Below, piece by piece: positions 32,200-40,692 of a stretch of DNA of 64,000 nucleotides. This stretch comes from an alpha proteobacterium MED-G09 (GTDB lineage: Bacteria > Pseudomonadota > Alphaproteobacteria > MED-G09). The position numbers and the translations under genes are program-made. The stretch is taken from positions 147,570 through 211,569 of the forward strand of contig CAJIZT010000007.1 in the NCBI GenBank assembly GCA_905182015.1, in the 5' to 3' direction. A model generated the notes under the pieces. That model saw only the letters and a program-made list of their open reading frames with translations. It was not told the DNA's origin and ran no database searches. The first letter of the stretch is position 1; each line of letters starts with the position of its first letter.

Positions 32200-32257
32200 C
32201 CTCTCTTTAGTGCTTTTAGGGAATCTAGGGCGCACAATCTGAACATCAAATACCCAG
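32200..32257 (-). promoter_or_regulatory. SAM-V-type (SAM-II clan) riboswitch overlapping the ompW ribosome-binding site
   Basis: Minus strand: GGGU-AUUUGA-UGUUCAGA-UUGUGC-GCCC-UAGAUUCCCU-AAAA-GCAC-UAAA-GAGAGG; P1 GGGU/GCCC, pseudoknot UU-GUGC/GCAC-U-AA, SD directly abutting. Confidence 0.8.
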
Positions 32258-32306
32258 CTCTTAAGCGAGCTAGACTTAGTTAACATTTTACATCTTGGGA
32301 AAATAA

Positions 32307-32393
32307 GGACCTTTTTTTGCTTATTAGCCACATTAAAAAAACCACCTTCGCAGGTTATGCAGGTTGGTAGGAATTATCTTCCTTCAAAATGTA
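32307..32393 (-). promoter_or_regulatory. SAM-I/IV-type riboswitch aptamer
   Basis: P1 UACAUU/AAUGUG, J1/2 UUGA, P2 AGGAA/UUCCU, P3 ACC-AA-CC...GG-U-GGU SAM-binding internal loop, no P4, 3' hairpin GCU(AAUA)AGC, weak possible pseudoknot ACC/GGU. Confidence 0.7.
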
Positions 32394-32399
32394 AGCTTT

Positions 32400-32428
32400 A
32401 AAATATATTCAAATTAAAAAAAATGCAA
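32400..32428 (-). promoter_or_regulatory. Sigma70-type promoter for the riboswitch-ompW transcript
   Basis: TTGCAT-17 nt-TATTTT; predicted +1 near 32393, the first base of aptamer P1. Confidence 0.5.
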
Positions 32429-32597
32429 TTAAAAATTAAAAAATACAAATAAAAATTATGCTGGGGATTGAAATTTAAAATTATGGTATAAAAACTCTTA
32501 ATATATTTGTAAAAAACATTGTTTTTGTTAATAAGTTCGATTACTTAAATGTTATTTGTAATGATTAAATATTTTTAATTAGTAAAGTTGATAAAAC

Positions 32598-33686
32598 ATG
32601 AAGAATCCAATACCAAATATTCACTTAAATGATTTAATGCCTTACAAAGGTGGTAAAAGCCATGTGCTGGGTGTTGAAAAAATTTACAAACTATCATCGA
32701 ATGAGAATCCTTTTGGACCTAGCAAGGCTGTCGTTCGTGCTTATAGGAATGCTGTTAATGACATAACTGTTTATCCAGATCCATCCAATAATGAGCTCAC
32801 TAAAAAACTTTCTGAATTCTATTCCATAGATTATAGCAAAATAATTTGTGGGTGCGGCTCCGATGAGATTCTTCATTTATTGGCACGGGCCTATCTTGCG
32901 GGCAATGATGAGGCTATAGTATCAGAAAATTCTTTTGCTGTTTATCCTCTTGCAATAAAAGCATCGGGAGCAAGGGTGGTTAGGGCCAAAGAAAAAGACT
33001 TTGTAACTCAGATTCAATCTATTCTTGATTTAGTAAATAACTCTACAAAAATTGTTTTTATTGCCAACCCCAATAATCCAACCGGTACCATGATCTCTTA
33101 TGATGATATTATTAGGCTTCATAATGAATTGCCAGATGATATCTTGCTTATCCTTGATGAGGCCTATGCCGAGTATGTACATGATGAAAGTTATCATTCT
33201 GGCTTTAATCTGGTAAATGATAACAATAATGTTGTCGTCACAAGAACATTTTCAAAAGCATATGGCCTAGCTGGGTTAAGAGTTGGCTGGGCATATTGTC
33301 CAATTGAAGTGATTGATGTATTAAATCGCCTCCGTATTCCATTTTCAGTAAATTCTGCCGCACAGAAAGTGGCAGTTGCAGCGATAAATGATCAGCAGCA
33401 CATAATAAATTCTGTAAAACATAATAATTTTTGGTTGCCAAAAATCAAGCATGAATTAGAGAATTTAGGATTTATTGTCACTTCTAGTCATTGTAATTTT
33501 ATCCTTATTGAAGTTCCCATAGAATTAAATCATGATGCAGATGAGATTTATAATTTTCTTTGCTCAAGGGGTATAATCGTGAGGCAAATGTATGAGTATG
33601 GTTTGCCAAACTACTTAAGGCTCACCATTGGCCTCGAGGAGGCAAACAGTCTCGTTATCTCTTCCCTTGTGGAGTTTTTAAAATAA
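32598..33686 (+). CDS. hisC: Histidinol-phosphate aminotransferase
   Basis: KLSSNENP, GSDE, ANPNNPTG, DEAYAEY, RTFSKAYGLAGLRVG. Confidence 0.96.
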   Translation: MKNPIPNIHLNDLMPYKGGKSHVLGVEKIYKLSSNENPFGPSKAVVRAYRNAVNDITVYPDPSNNELTKKLSEFYSIDYSKIICGCGSDEILHLLARAYLAGNDEAIVSENSFAVYPLAIKASGARVVRAKEKDFVTQIQSILDLVNNSTKIVFIANPNNPTGTMISYDDIIRLHNELPDDILLILDEAYAEYVHDESYHSGFNLVNDNNNVVVTRTFSKAYGLAGLRVGWAYCPIEVIDVLNRLRIPFSVNSAAQKVAVAAINDQQHIINSVKHNNFWLPKIKHELENLGFIVTSSHCNFILIEVPIELNHDADEIYNFLCSRGIIVRQMYEYGLPNYLRLTIGLEEANSLVISSLVEFLK

Positions 33687-33687
33687 A

Positions 33688-34608
33688 ATGGCTATTTCTT
33701 TTAATAAGATATGCATTATTGGTCTTGGTTTGATAGGAGGTTCAATCGGTCTTGCTATAAAAAGAGCCGGAATTTCTAATCAGGTTATTGGCCATGCTCG
33801 GTCTCGGTCGACATTAGAAGTAGCCTTGTCTAGGGGTTTAGTCGATAGAGTGGAAAGTGAAGCAAGGGATGCGGTCAGGAGTGCTGATTTAGTTATTTTG
33901 GCTACACCCCTTTCAATATTTAAACCGATAGTTGAAGAAATAGGACCATTTTTAAAAAATGGATGTATTTTAACTGATACTGGATCAGCAAAATTAAGGG
34001 TTATTGATGAGTTAAAGGATATTATTCCTAAAAATATTGAGTTTATTCCTAGTCATCCTATAGCTGGAACAGAACAGTCAGGACCCGATGCTGGATTTGC
34101 TGAATTATTTGATAATCGTTGGTGCATAATAACGCCGACGAAAGACAATACTGATAAAAATATTAATTTAATACGAACCTTTTGGGAGTCCCTTGGGTCT
34201 ATGGTTGAGTGTATGGATGCCTTGCATCATGATAAGGTATTGGCAATAACAAGTCATATACCTCATTTGATTGCCTACAATATAGTTGGGACAGCAAATA
34301 ATCTTGCTAATGTAACAAATAGTGAGGTGGTTAAGTATTCGGCTGGGGGGTTTAGAGATTTTACTAGAATAGCCGCATCAGATCCTAAAATGTGGAGTGA
34401 TATATTCACTTACAATAGCGAGGCAGTCTTGGAAATGCTAGAATTATTCTCCAGTGATTTATCTAGGTTAAAAGATGCTATTAGTAAAAAAGATTCTAAT
34501 TTACTATTCTCAAACTTCGAAAAAACACGGACCGTGAGAAAAGAAATAATTGATGCTGGACAAGCTGAAGGTAGCATTGCTCCAGCCGAGAAAAAATCTC
34601 AAGATTAA
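33688..34608 (+). CDS. tyrC: Prephenate/arogenate (cyclohexadienyl) dehydrogenase
   Basis: GLGLIGGS, TDTGSAK, HPIAGTE, SHIPH, GGFRDFTRIA. Confidence 0.92.
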   Translation: MAISFNKICIIGLGLIGGSIGLAIKRAGISNQVIGHARSRSTLEVALSRGLVDRVESEARDAVRSADLVILATPLSIFKPIVEEIGPFLKNGCILTDTGSAKLRVIDELKDIIPKNIEFIPSHPIAGTEQSGPDAGFAELFDNRWCIITPTKDNTDKNINLIRTFWESLGSMVECMDALHHDKVLAITSHIPHLIAYNIVGTANNLANVTNSEVVKYSAGGFRDFTRIAASDPKMWSDIFTYNSEAVLEMLELFSSDLSRLKDAISKKDSNLLFSNFEKTRTVRKEIIDAGQAEGSIAPAEKKSQD

Positions 34609-34627
34609 GATTTAATCTTGACGACAC

Positions 34628-35341
34628 TCAGCCTATTAATAAATTTGTTTCAGTTTCTATTGTATTTTCAAGTTTTTTTTCGAAATCTTTCCTATTAAGG
34701 CCGGGAGGAATTTGAGGCATAAATTTAACAGTAATTTTTCCAGGATTCCTATCTAAGCCTTTTGTTTTCCAGTATACTCCTGAATTAAGGGCTACTGGAA
34801 TACAAGGTATTTTCAAAAATTTGTATAATGCAGCTACTCCGGATTTATATGGAGTTTTTTCTCCAACAGGACTTCTTGTTCCTTCGGGGAATATAACTAT
34901 TGGCCTCTCGCTTATGGAGCAACTTTTCCCTTGTTTAACTAACTTTCTAATAGACTTGCTATGTGCCCCACGATCTAACCAAATCATCCCTACCTTCATT
35001 GCATGCCAGCCATAGAAAGGGATAAATATAATCATTCTTTTTAAAACCATTGCTGAATCTGGGAAAAGTGCTGTAAAAAAAATAGTATCCCATATTGACT
35101 GATGCTTCGATGCGACAATAAAAGGTCCAGAAGGAATATTTTCTTTACCAATTATTTCCCAATCTAGACCATCTAGCCTCTTAAACAAAACAAGCATAAG
35201 TCGCGACCACGAGTGAATTAATTTTGCTGTATATGCCCTAGGAAGAAACAAGCAGGGTGAGCCAAGGATTGCTATCAGCAGTGTTAGGCTAATTATTATC
35301 GCTGTACTTACGAAAGAGTGGGAAGTCTTTTTTAAATTCAT
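34628..35341 (-). CDS. plsC: 1-acyl-sn-glycerol-3-phosphate acyltransferase
   Basis: KHQSIWD (HxxxxD), FPEGTRS, PVALNSG. Confidence 0.9.
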   Translation of the reverse strand: MNLKKTSHSFVSTAIIISLTLLIAILGSPCLFLPRAYTAKLIHSWSRLMLVLFKRLDGLDWEIIGKENIPSGPFIVASKHQSIWDTIFFTALFPDSAMVLKRMIIFIPFYGWHAMKVGMIWLDRGAHSKSIRKLVKQGKSCSISERPIVIFPEGTRSPVGEKTPYKSGVAALYKFLKIPCIPVALNSGVYWKTKGLDRNPGKITVKFMPQIPPGLNRKDFEKKLENTIETETNLLIG

Positions 35342-35351
35342 CTTATTTTAC

Positions 35352-35951
35352 CTATTTAAAAAAGTATCTTAGCTTTGTTATATTAAGTTTGATATATTCA
35401 ATAATTATTTTTTCAATATTCTTATAATAAATAAACACTTTGTCTGTATTTGTATTCACGGGCCATTGTTGAATATCAATATATTTGGTATTTTTTTTAA
35501 ATTCGAAGATACTCCTAGGCATATGTTCTGCGGATGTGACGAGAATAATTTTTTCATAGCTTTTACTTTTTAACCATTTATTTGTTTCAATAGCATTAGT
35601 TTCAGTATTGTAAGATTTTTTTTCAAAAAATACACAGCACTCAAAAAGAGAAGTTTTATTTAAAACATTTTTTGGATTTACTATTTTAGTGATATCAGAT
35701 TTTGTAACAATTGGGTTAACACCTGAAATAAATAGTACTTTTCCATAATTATTTTCTAACAACCTGAATCCTTCTTCAATTCTTTGGGAAGCGCCGGTCA
35801 GAACAATAATAACCTTATCATCGCCTGGATTAAGAGTATCAGATTTCGTTGATAAATAAATAAAATTAGAAATATCAAATAAAAATATCAAAAAAAATAT
35901 TACGACAGATAGACGCTTAATTTTTATTGATTTAATTTTTTTTATTCTCAT
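35352..35951 (-). CDS. YdcF/DUF218 family protein
   Basis: IVLTG..RI, FISGV, NTETNA.ET, LVTSAEHMPRS, EYIK. Confidence 0.9.
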   Translation of the reverse strand: MRIKKIKSIKIKRLSVVIFFLIFLFDISNFIYLSTKSDTLNPGDDKVIIVLTGASQRIEEGFRLLENNYGKVLFISGVNPIVTKSDITKIVNPKNVLNKTSLFECCVFFEKKSYNTETNAIETNKWLKSKSYEKIILVTSAEHMPRSIFEFKKNTKYIDIQQWPVNTNTDKVFIYYKNIEKIIIEYIKLNITKLRYFFK

Positions 35952-36061
35952 AATATTAACATTTTTAGCATAGTTTTCTATTTAATTTTTGTATCTTATT
36001 TATTTTACTTAGTCTATTTAGGTGATGAAAAGAATCTCATATTTCCAATACAGAGACTAAT

Positions 36062-36958
36062 ATGCAAAAAACCCTATTTAATTTATTTCCATTCATCCTC
36101 CTCCTTCTTTTGGTAGTCATGTGGGGTTCTGCGTTTGCAGCACTAAAGGTTTCATTAACTACGATACCTCCTTTATGGGTTATGCTTTCTAGAATGATAA
36201 TTGGAAGCTTAACCATAGCTACAGTATTTCTTTTTTTAAAAAAAAAATTACCTCTAACAATTCAATTTTGGAAATGGAGTTTTCTAATTGGTTTTCTAGG
36301 ATTCTCAATACCATTTAGCGCCATATCGTGGGGAGCACAATATATTCCATCGTCACTGGTAGCTATCCTAATGGGAGCCAATCCGATAATCACATTATTG
36401 CTGTCACATTTTTTTCTAACAAACAGTAGGATGAGCTTGAGAATGGTGGGTGGAGTTATTGTTGGAGCAATTGGAATTATTCTCTTAATTGGCTTTGGAA
36501 ACCTTCAATACAATGCTTCATGGGAACAATTTATCTTTGGTCAATTAGCTGTTCTTTCTGGAACTTTTTCGTTTGCTCTTGCATCCGTTATTATAAAAAA
36601 TTCTCCGCAAGAGGACCTATTTGAAAGATCCTTAGGATCGTTAATTTGCGGAAGTTTAATTGGCTTCCTTATAGTTTATTTTTTAAGCAAATCTCCCGTA
36701 ATGCTTGAGGGAATATCGTTAATAAGTATTTTTAATGTTTGCCTGTTAGGTATTTTTCCAACAGGAGTTGCAACGATAATTTGGTTTAAGGTAATTGCCT
36801 TAAAGGGACCAATGTTTTTATCATTAGTGAACTATTTAATTCCTATTTGGGCATTGATTTTAGGCGTTCTTTTATTAAATGAAAAAGTTGATTTTATAAT
36901 TGGCTTTGGCTTAATTTTCATTACAATAGGATTATGGTTAATAGAAAAGAAGAATTAA
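36062..36958 (+). CDS. EamA/DMT family transporter
   Basis: About 10 TM helices, WGSAF, NYLIPIWALILG.LLLNE. Confidence 0.92.
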   Translation: MQKTLFNLFPFILLLLLVVMWGSAFAALKVSLTTIPPLWVMLSRMIIGSLTIATVFLFLKKKLPLTIQFWKWSFLIGFLGFSIPFSAISWGAQYIPSSLVAILMGANPIITLLLSHFFLTNSRMSLRMVGGVIVGAIGIILLIGFGNLQYNASWEQFIFGQLAVLSGTFSFALASVIIKNSPQEDLFERSLGSLICGSLIGFLIVYFLSKSPVMLEGISLISIFNVCLLGIFPTGVATIIWFKVIALKGPMFLSLVNYLIPIWALILGVLLLNEKVDFIIGFGLIFITIGLWLIEKKN

Positions 36959-36959
36959 T

Positions 36960-37454
36960 ATGTTCATGATAAAAAAAATTATAATCTTAGGATTTTCTTT
37001 TGTCTTATCGGCCTCTCTAGTTGGCTCAGCTGTTATACTTCAAAGTACCTTGTGGAACTTATTTTGGTTAAAGACGCAGGGATTTGATATATCTTGGGGA
37101 ACTTTTTTATTAACTTTTTCTCATGATATTCAAGGCGCTCTATCTCCAATCTTAGTTCAATGGGGAGTCCCGATAAATTTTTATAGCGTTATCAGCGCCT
37201 CTTTGTTAATTGCCTTTCTGGTCACTTTCCTCGTCAGATTAATGATCCCAATAAATTCTAGATTTTCTTATAGTTTTTCTGGATTTTTAAGTATTTATGT
37301 CATGATAACGCTGACAATTATGCAGTATGACGGAATTATTCTTATTTCTGGTGCCCGTGAAAATACTGGGTTGTTCGTTTTATGTTGTGTGGGAGCCTTA
37401 GGTGGATTCCTGTTTGATTTTTTAGTTAATAGATTTTCAGGAAGAGTTAAATAA
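36960..37454 (+). CDS. Hypothetical ~4-TM membrane protein
   Basis: Hydrophobic helices, HDI.G and ISGAR motifs; abuts the next gene (TAAATG). Confidence 0.7.
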   Translation: MFMIKKIIILGFSFVLSASLVGSAVILQSTLWNLFWLKTQGFDISWGTFLLTFSHDIQGALSPILVQWGVPINFYSVISASLLIAFLVTFLVRLMIPINSRFSYSFSGFLSIYVMITLTIMQYDGIILISGARENTGLFVLCCVGALGGFLFDFLVNRFSGRVK

Positions 37455-38570
37455 ATGAGAAAATATCTTCATAATACCCTTATCTTTCTTGCTATATTTT
37501 TTTTAAGTGACGAGCTTAATTCTGCTGAAAAAAATTATCAATTAGAAACCTTATCTAATCAACTTGATCGGCCTTGGGATATAGATTTTTTACCTAATGG
37601 CGATTTCCTGATTTCTGAATTAACTGGTAACCTCAGAATTTTTAATAAACAGGGGGTTTTGTCTCAACCGCTTAAAGGTTTGCCTCCTATTCTTGTTAAA
37701 AGTCAGGGTGGATTATCTGATATTGCTATACATCCAAATTTCTCTGACAATAAACTTATATTTTTATCTTTTTCTTCAACAACATCTCAAGGCAATACTC
37801 TTCAGGTGGTTAGGGCTAGATTAAATAATGAAACTTTAAGTGATGTAAGGACTATTTTTATTGCTAATGCGTTTCGTGAGACCGCAGCGCATTTCGGAGC
37901 TCGGTTACTATTCCTTAGCGATAATACTTTATTGATATCCTCGGGAGATGGCTTTAATCATAGAGAGAAGGCGCAAAGCCTCAATAGTCACTTTGGAAAA
38001 ATTCTTCGTATTAATATTGACGGTTCTATCCCGTCTGATAATCCCTTTTTTGCAAGAAAGGATATACTACCTGAGATATGGACATACGGTCATAGGAATC
38101 AACAGGGTTTAATTATAGATAATAATGGCGCTGTTTACAGTCATGAGCACGGTCCCAGAGGTGGTGATGAGCTAAATCTTATTAAGCCAGGTCTCAATTA
38201 CGGCTGGCCAGCGATTACTTATGGAATAGATTATAATGGTTCAATCGTTTCGCCTTTTAAGGAAGCAGACAATATGGAGCAACCATTAAAATACTGGGTT
38301 CCATCAATTGCTCCGTCAGACATGACATTTTATGAAGGTCCCCTCTTTCCTGAATGGAATGGTAGTTTATTTATCTCAGCCTTATCTCCGGGAGATGTCA
38401 GGAGGGTGACGTTAAGAGATAATAAGTTTGAATCTGAAGAGGTAATGTTTGGTGAGATCAATTCAAGAATTAGAAGCGTTAAGACTGCGCCAGACGGTAG
38501 TCTGATTATACTCACTGATGGCTCTAAGGATAAAAATACAGGTCAAATGATAAGAGTCTTGCCTAATTAA
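37455..38570 (+). CDS. PQQ-dependent soluble sugar dehydrogenase (GSDH/YliI family)
   Basis: Signal peptide, QGGL.D, HFGAR, GHRNQQG, EHGPRGGDELN, NYGWP, IAPS. Confidence 0.93.
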   Translation: MRKYLHNTLIFLAIFFLSDELNSAEKNYQLETLSNQLDRPWDIDFLPNGDFLISELTGNLRIFNKQGVLSQPLKGLPPILVKSQGGLSDIAIHPNFSDNKLIFLSFSSTTSQGNTLQVVRARLNNETLSDVRTIFIANAFRETAAHFGARLLFLSDNTLLISSGDGFNHREKAQSLNSHFGKILRINIDGSIPSDNPFFARKDILPEIWTYGHRNQQGLIIDNNGAVYSHEHGPRGGDELNLIKPGLNYGWPAITYGIDYNGSIVSPFKEADNMEQPLKYWVPSIAPSDMTFYEGPLFPEWNGSLFISALSPGDVRRVTLRDNKFESEEVMFGEINSRIRSVKTAPDGSLIILTDGSKDKNTGQMIRVLPN

Positions 38571-38611
38571 TTTGTTTATATTTATTTAATATTCTTTGTA
38601 AAGTGTAATTA

Positions 38612-39295
38612 ATGATTATTCAGTGCCCATCATGCAGTACAAATTTTTTTCTTGATAAGAAAAAACTTAAAGGTAGCAAAAAGAAATTAAAATGTTCCAG
38701 GTGTTCTATGGTCTGGACATCTTCTGCAGAAGGGAATCCCCTTGATGTGCCTAAGCTTTATGAGCCTGCTTCTAGTCAGGGCCTTAGATCAAGTCAAGCA
38801 GCATCACAATCAGTTGACCAGAATCTAAAACCCGATCATCCTTTGCCTGTTCCCTTTAATACTCCAAAAGAAAACCAAACAAGTATCTTTTTGTGGATTA
38901 CTTTTCTATTAGTATTTATATCTTTTATTATAGGATGGAATAATAGGGCTATTGTTATTAATCAATTCCCCATTCTGGCCCCGGTGGTAGAAATATTTGA
39001 TCCATCTTTGAAATTTAGAGGAATTGAAATTAGCAACCTTCTAAGCCGTATTGATTCTAGAGAAAATGGGTCTAGTCTTGTTGTTACTGGCTCTCTTATT
39101 AACCAAGAAAATTATCTTAGAAAGGTTCCATCTTTAATAGTTGTTATTGAGGATGAAAGAGGTTCTATACTAGTAAAAAAAGTTATCAAATCCAAAGGTA
39201 GTTATTTTGACTATCAAGAAATTAAAGATTTTGAGGTTAAATTTTTAAAATATCCTGCTAATGCATCCAATATCTTTGTTGAAATAATAAATTAA
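38612..39295 (+). CDS. MJ0042-type zinc-ribbon / DUF3426 membrane protein (ZitP-like)
   Basis: MIIQCPSC...KCSRCSMVW zinc finger, linker, one TM, periplasmic domain (VTGSLIN...VPSL). Confidence 0.85.
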   Translation: MIIQCPSCSTNFFLDKKKLKGSKKKLKCSRCSMVWTSSAEGNPLDVPKLYEPASSQGLRSSQAASQSVDQNLKPDHPLPVPFNTPKENQTSIFLWITFLLVFISFIIGWNNRAIVINQFPILAPVVEIFDPSLKFRGIEISNLLSRIDSRENGSSLVVTGSLINQENYLRKVPSLIVVIEDERGSILVKKVIKSKGSYFDYQEIKDFEVKFLKYPANASNIFVEIIN

Positions 39296-40555
39296 TTAGA
39301 TCCAATTAGGTATTTTATCTCGCTTTATAATCTCTTCAACCTCCACTCTATCTCTTATGATTTCAAATTGATCGTTATTAACAAGAATTTCATTTATCGA
39401 TGGACGAGTGTTGTAATTTGAGGATAGTACTGACCCGTAAGCTCCTACAGATTTTATTGCTAAAAGGTCACCTTCTTCTATTGACCCCATTTTAATATTT
39501 TTTCTAAAGAAATCTCCACTTTCACAAACAGGTCCTACAATATCATATTTTAAAACGGTATCCTTTTTCCCTTCTTTAACGGAGACTACCTGATGATATG
39601 CATTATAAAGAGTAGGCCGTATGAAATCATTCATTGCAGCATCTACAATAATAAAATTATTTGAATCAGTATTCTTTATATATAAGGTTTTAGTGACTAA
39701 TATTGCTGAATTTGCAGTTAAAAATCTACCTGGCTCAATTATAATTTTACAATCAAGGTCACCTAACTTTTCTGATAATAATTTGCCATAACCTTCTATA
39801 TCCAACGGCCTATCGTCTGGATGGTATTTGACGCCTAAACCGCCTCCTACATCTAAAATATTTATTTCATGACCTTTTTTTCTTAAGCTTTTTGTTATTT
39901 TACTTAAACGATCAAAGGATTTTTCAAACGGCTCAAGATCATTGATCTGACTACCAATATGAGCATCAATACCTACAATTTTTATTCCAGGGAGACTCCC
40001 GGCAAGATCGTATGATTCACTTGCACCCCTCCAATCAATACCAAATTTATCTTCAGCTTTCCCTGTTGATATTTTTTCATTTCCACCGGCAGATATATCA
40101 GGATTAATCCTTAAGGATACAGGGGATTTGGTATTTAATTTAATAGATTCATCGGAGAGTCTTCTTAATTCACTTATAGATTCTATATTAAACATCAAAA
40201 TATTATTATTTATGGCAAATTGCATTTCTTCTAAGCTTTTTCCTACTCCAGAAAAAACGATTTTATTTGGAGATATTCCAACCTCCAGCGCCCGCTTTAG
40301 CTCCCCTATCGAAACTACATCTGCTCCTGACCCTAATTTAGAAAATGTTTTAATTATAGATTGGTTGGAATTTGATTTCACCGCGTAACAAATTTGGTAA
40401 TTACCTAAGGTTATAGATTGATCTAATTTATTATATTGATCCTTAAGGTGGTTAAATGAATAACAATAAAAGGGCGTTCTTACTTCTTTGGCTATTGAGT
40501 GTATATTTAAGCCTTCAATATAAAGCTCACCATTTTTATAATTAAAACTATTCAT
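39296..40555 (-). CDS. lysA: Diaminopimelate decarboxylase
   Basis: YAVKSN, HIGSQ, GGGLG, EPGR, GPVCESGD, GAYG, YNTRP. Confidence 0.97.
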   Translation of the reverse strand: MNSFNYKNGELYIEGLNIHSIAKEVRTPFYCYSFNHLKDQYNKLDQSITLGNYQICYAVKSNSNQSIIKTFSKLGSGADVVSIGELKRALEVGISPNKIVFSGVGKSLEEMQFAINNNILMFNIESISELRRLSDESIKLNTKSPVSLRINPDISAGGNEKISTGKAEDKFGIDWRGASESYDLAGSLPGIKIVGIDAHIGSQINDLEPFEKSFDRLSKITKSLRKKGHEINILDVGGGLGVKYHPDDRPLDIEGYGKLLSEKLGDLDCKIIIEPGRFLTANSAILVTKTLYIKNTDSNNFIIVDAAMNDFIRPTLYNAYHQVVSVKEGKKDTVLKYDIVGPVCESGDFFRKNIKMGSIEEGDLLAIKSVGAYGSVLSSNYNTRPSINEILVNNDQFEIIRDRVEVEEIIKRDKIPNWI

Positions 40556-40560
40556 AAATG

Positions 40561-40692
40561 TTACCTAGTGAGTTTTTGTATATATAGATTTTCATTCATT
40601 TCTGTTGGAGGCAAGAGGTCACCTTTTCTTCCGCAGCTAGCCAATAATGTTAGTATAAAAAAACTATAAATTATTATTTTTTTCTTACTCAT
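40561..40692 (-). CDS. Small lipoprotein, LptM/LppL family (43 aa; absent from ORF track)
   Basis: MSKKKIIIYSFFILTLLASCGRKGDLLPPTEMNENLYIQKLTR; lipobox LASC and CGxKGxL.PP motif, between argH and lysA. Confidence 0.85.
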   Translation of the reverse strand: MSKKKIIIYSFFILTLLASCGRKGDLLPPTEMNENLYIQKLTR

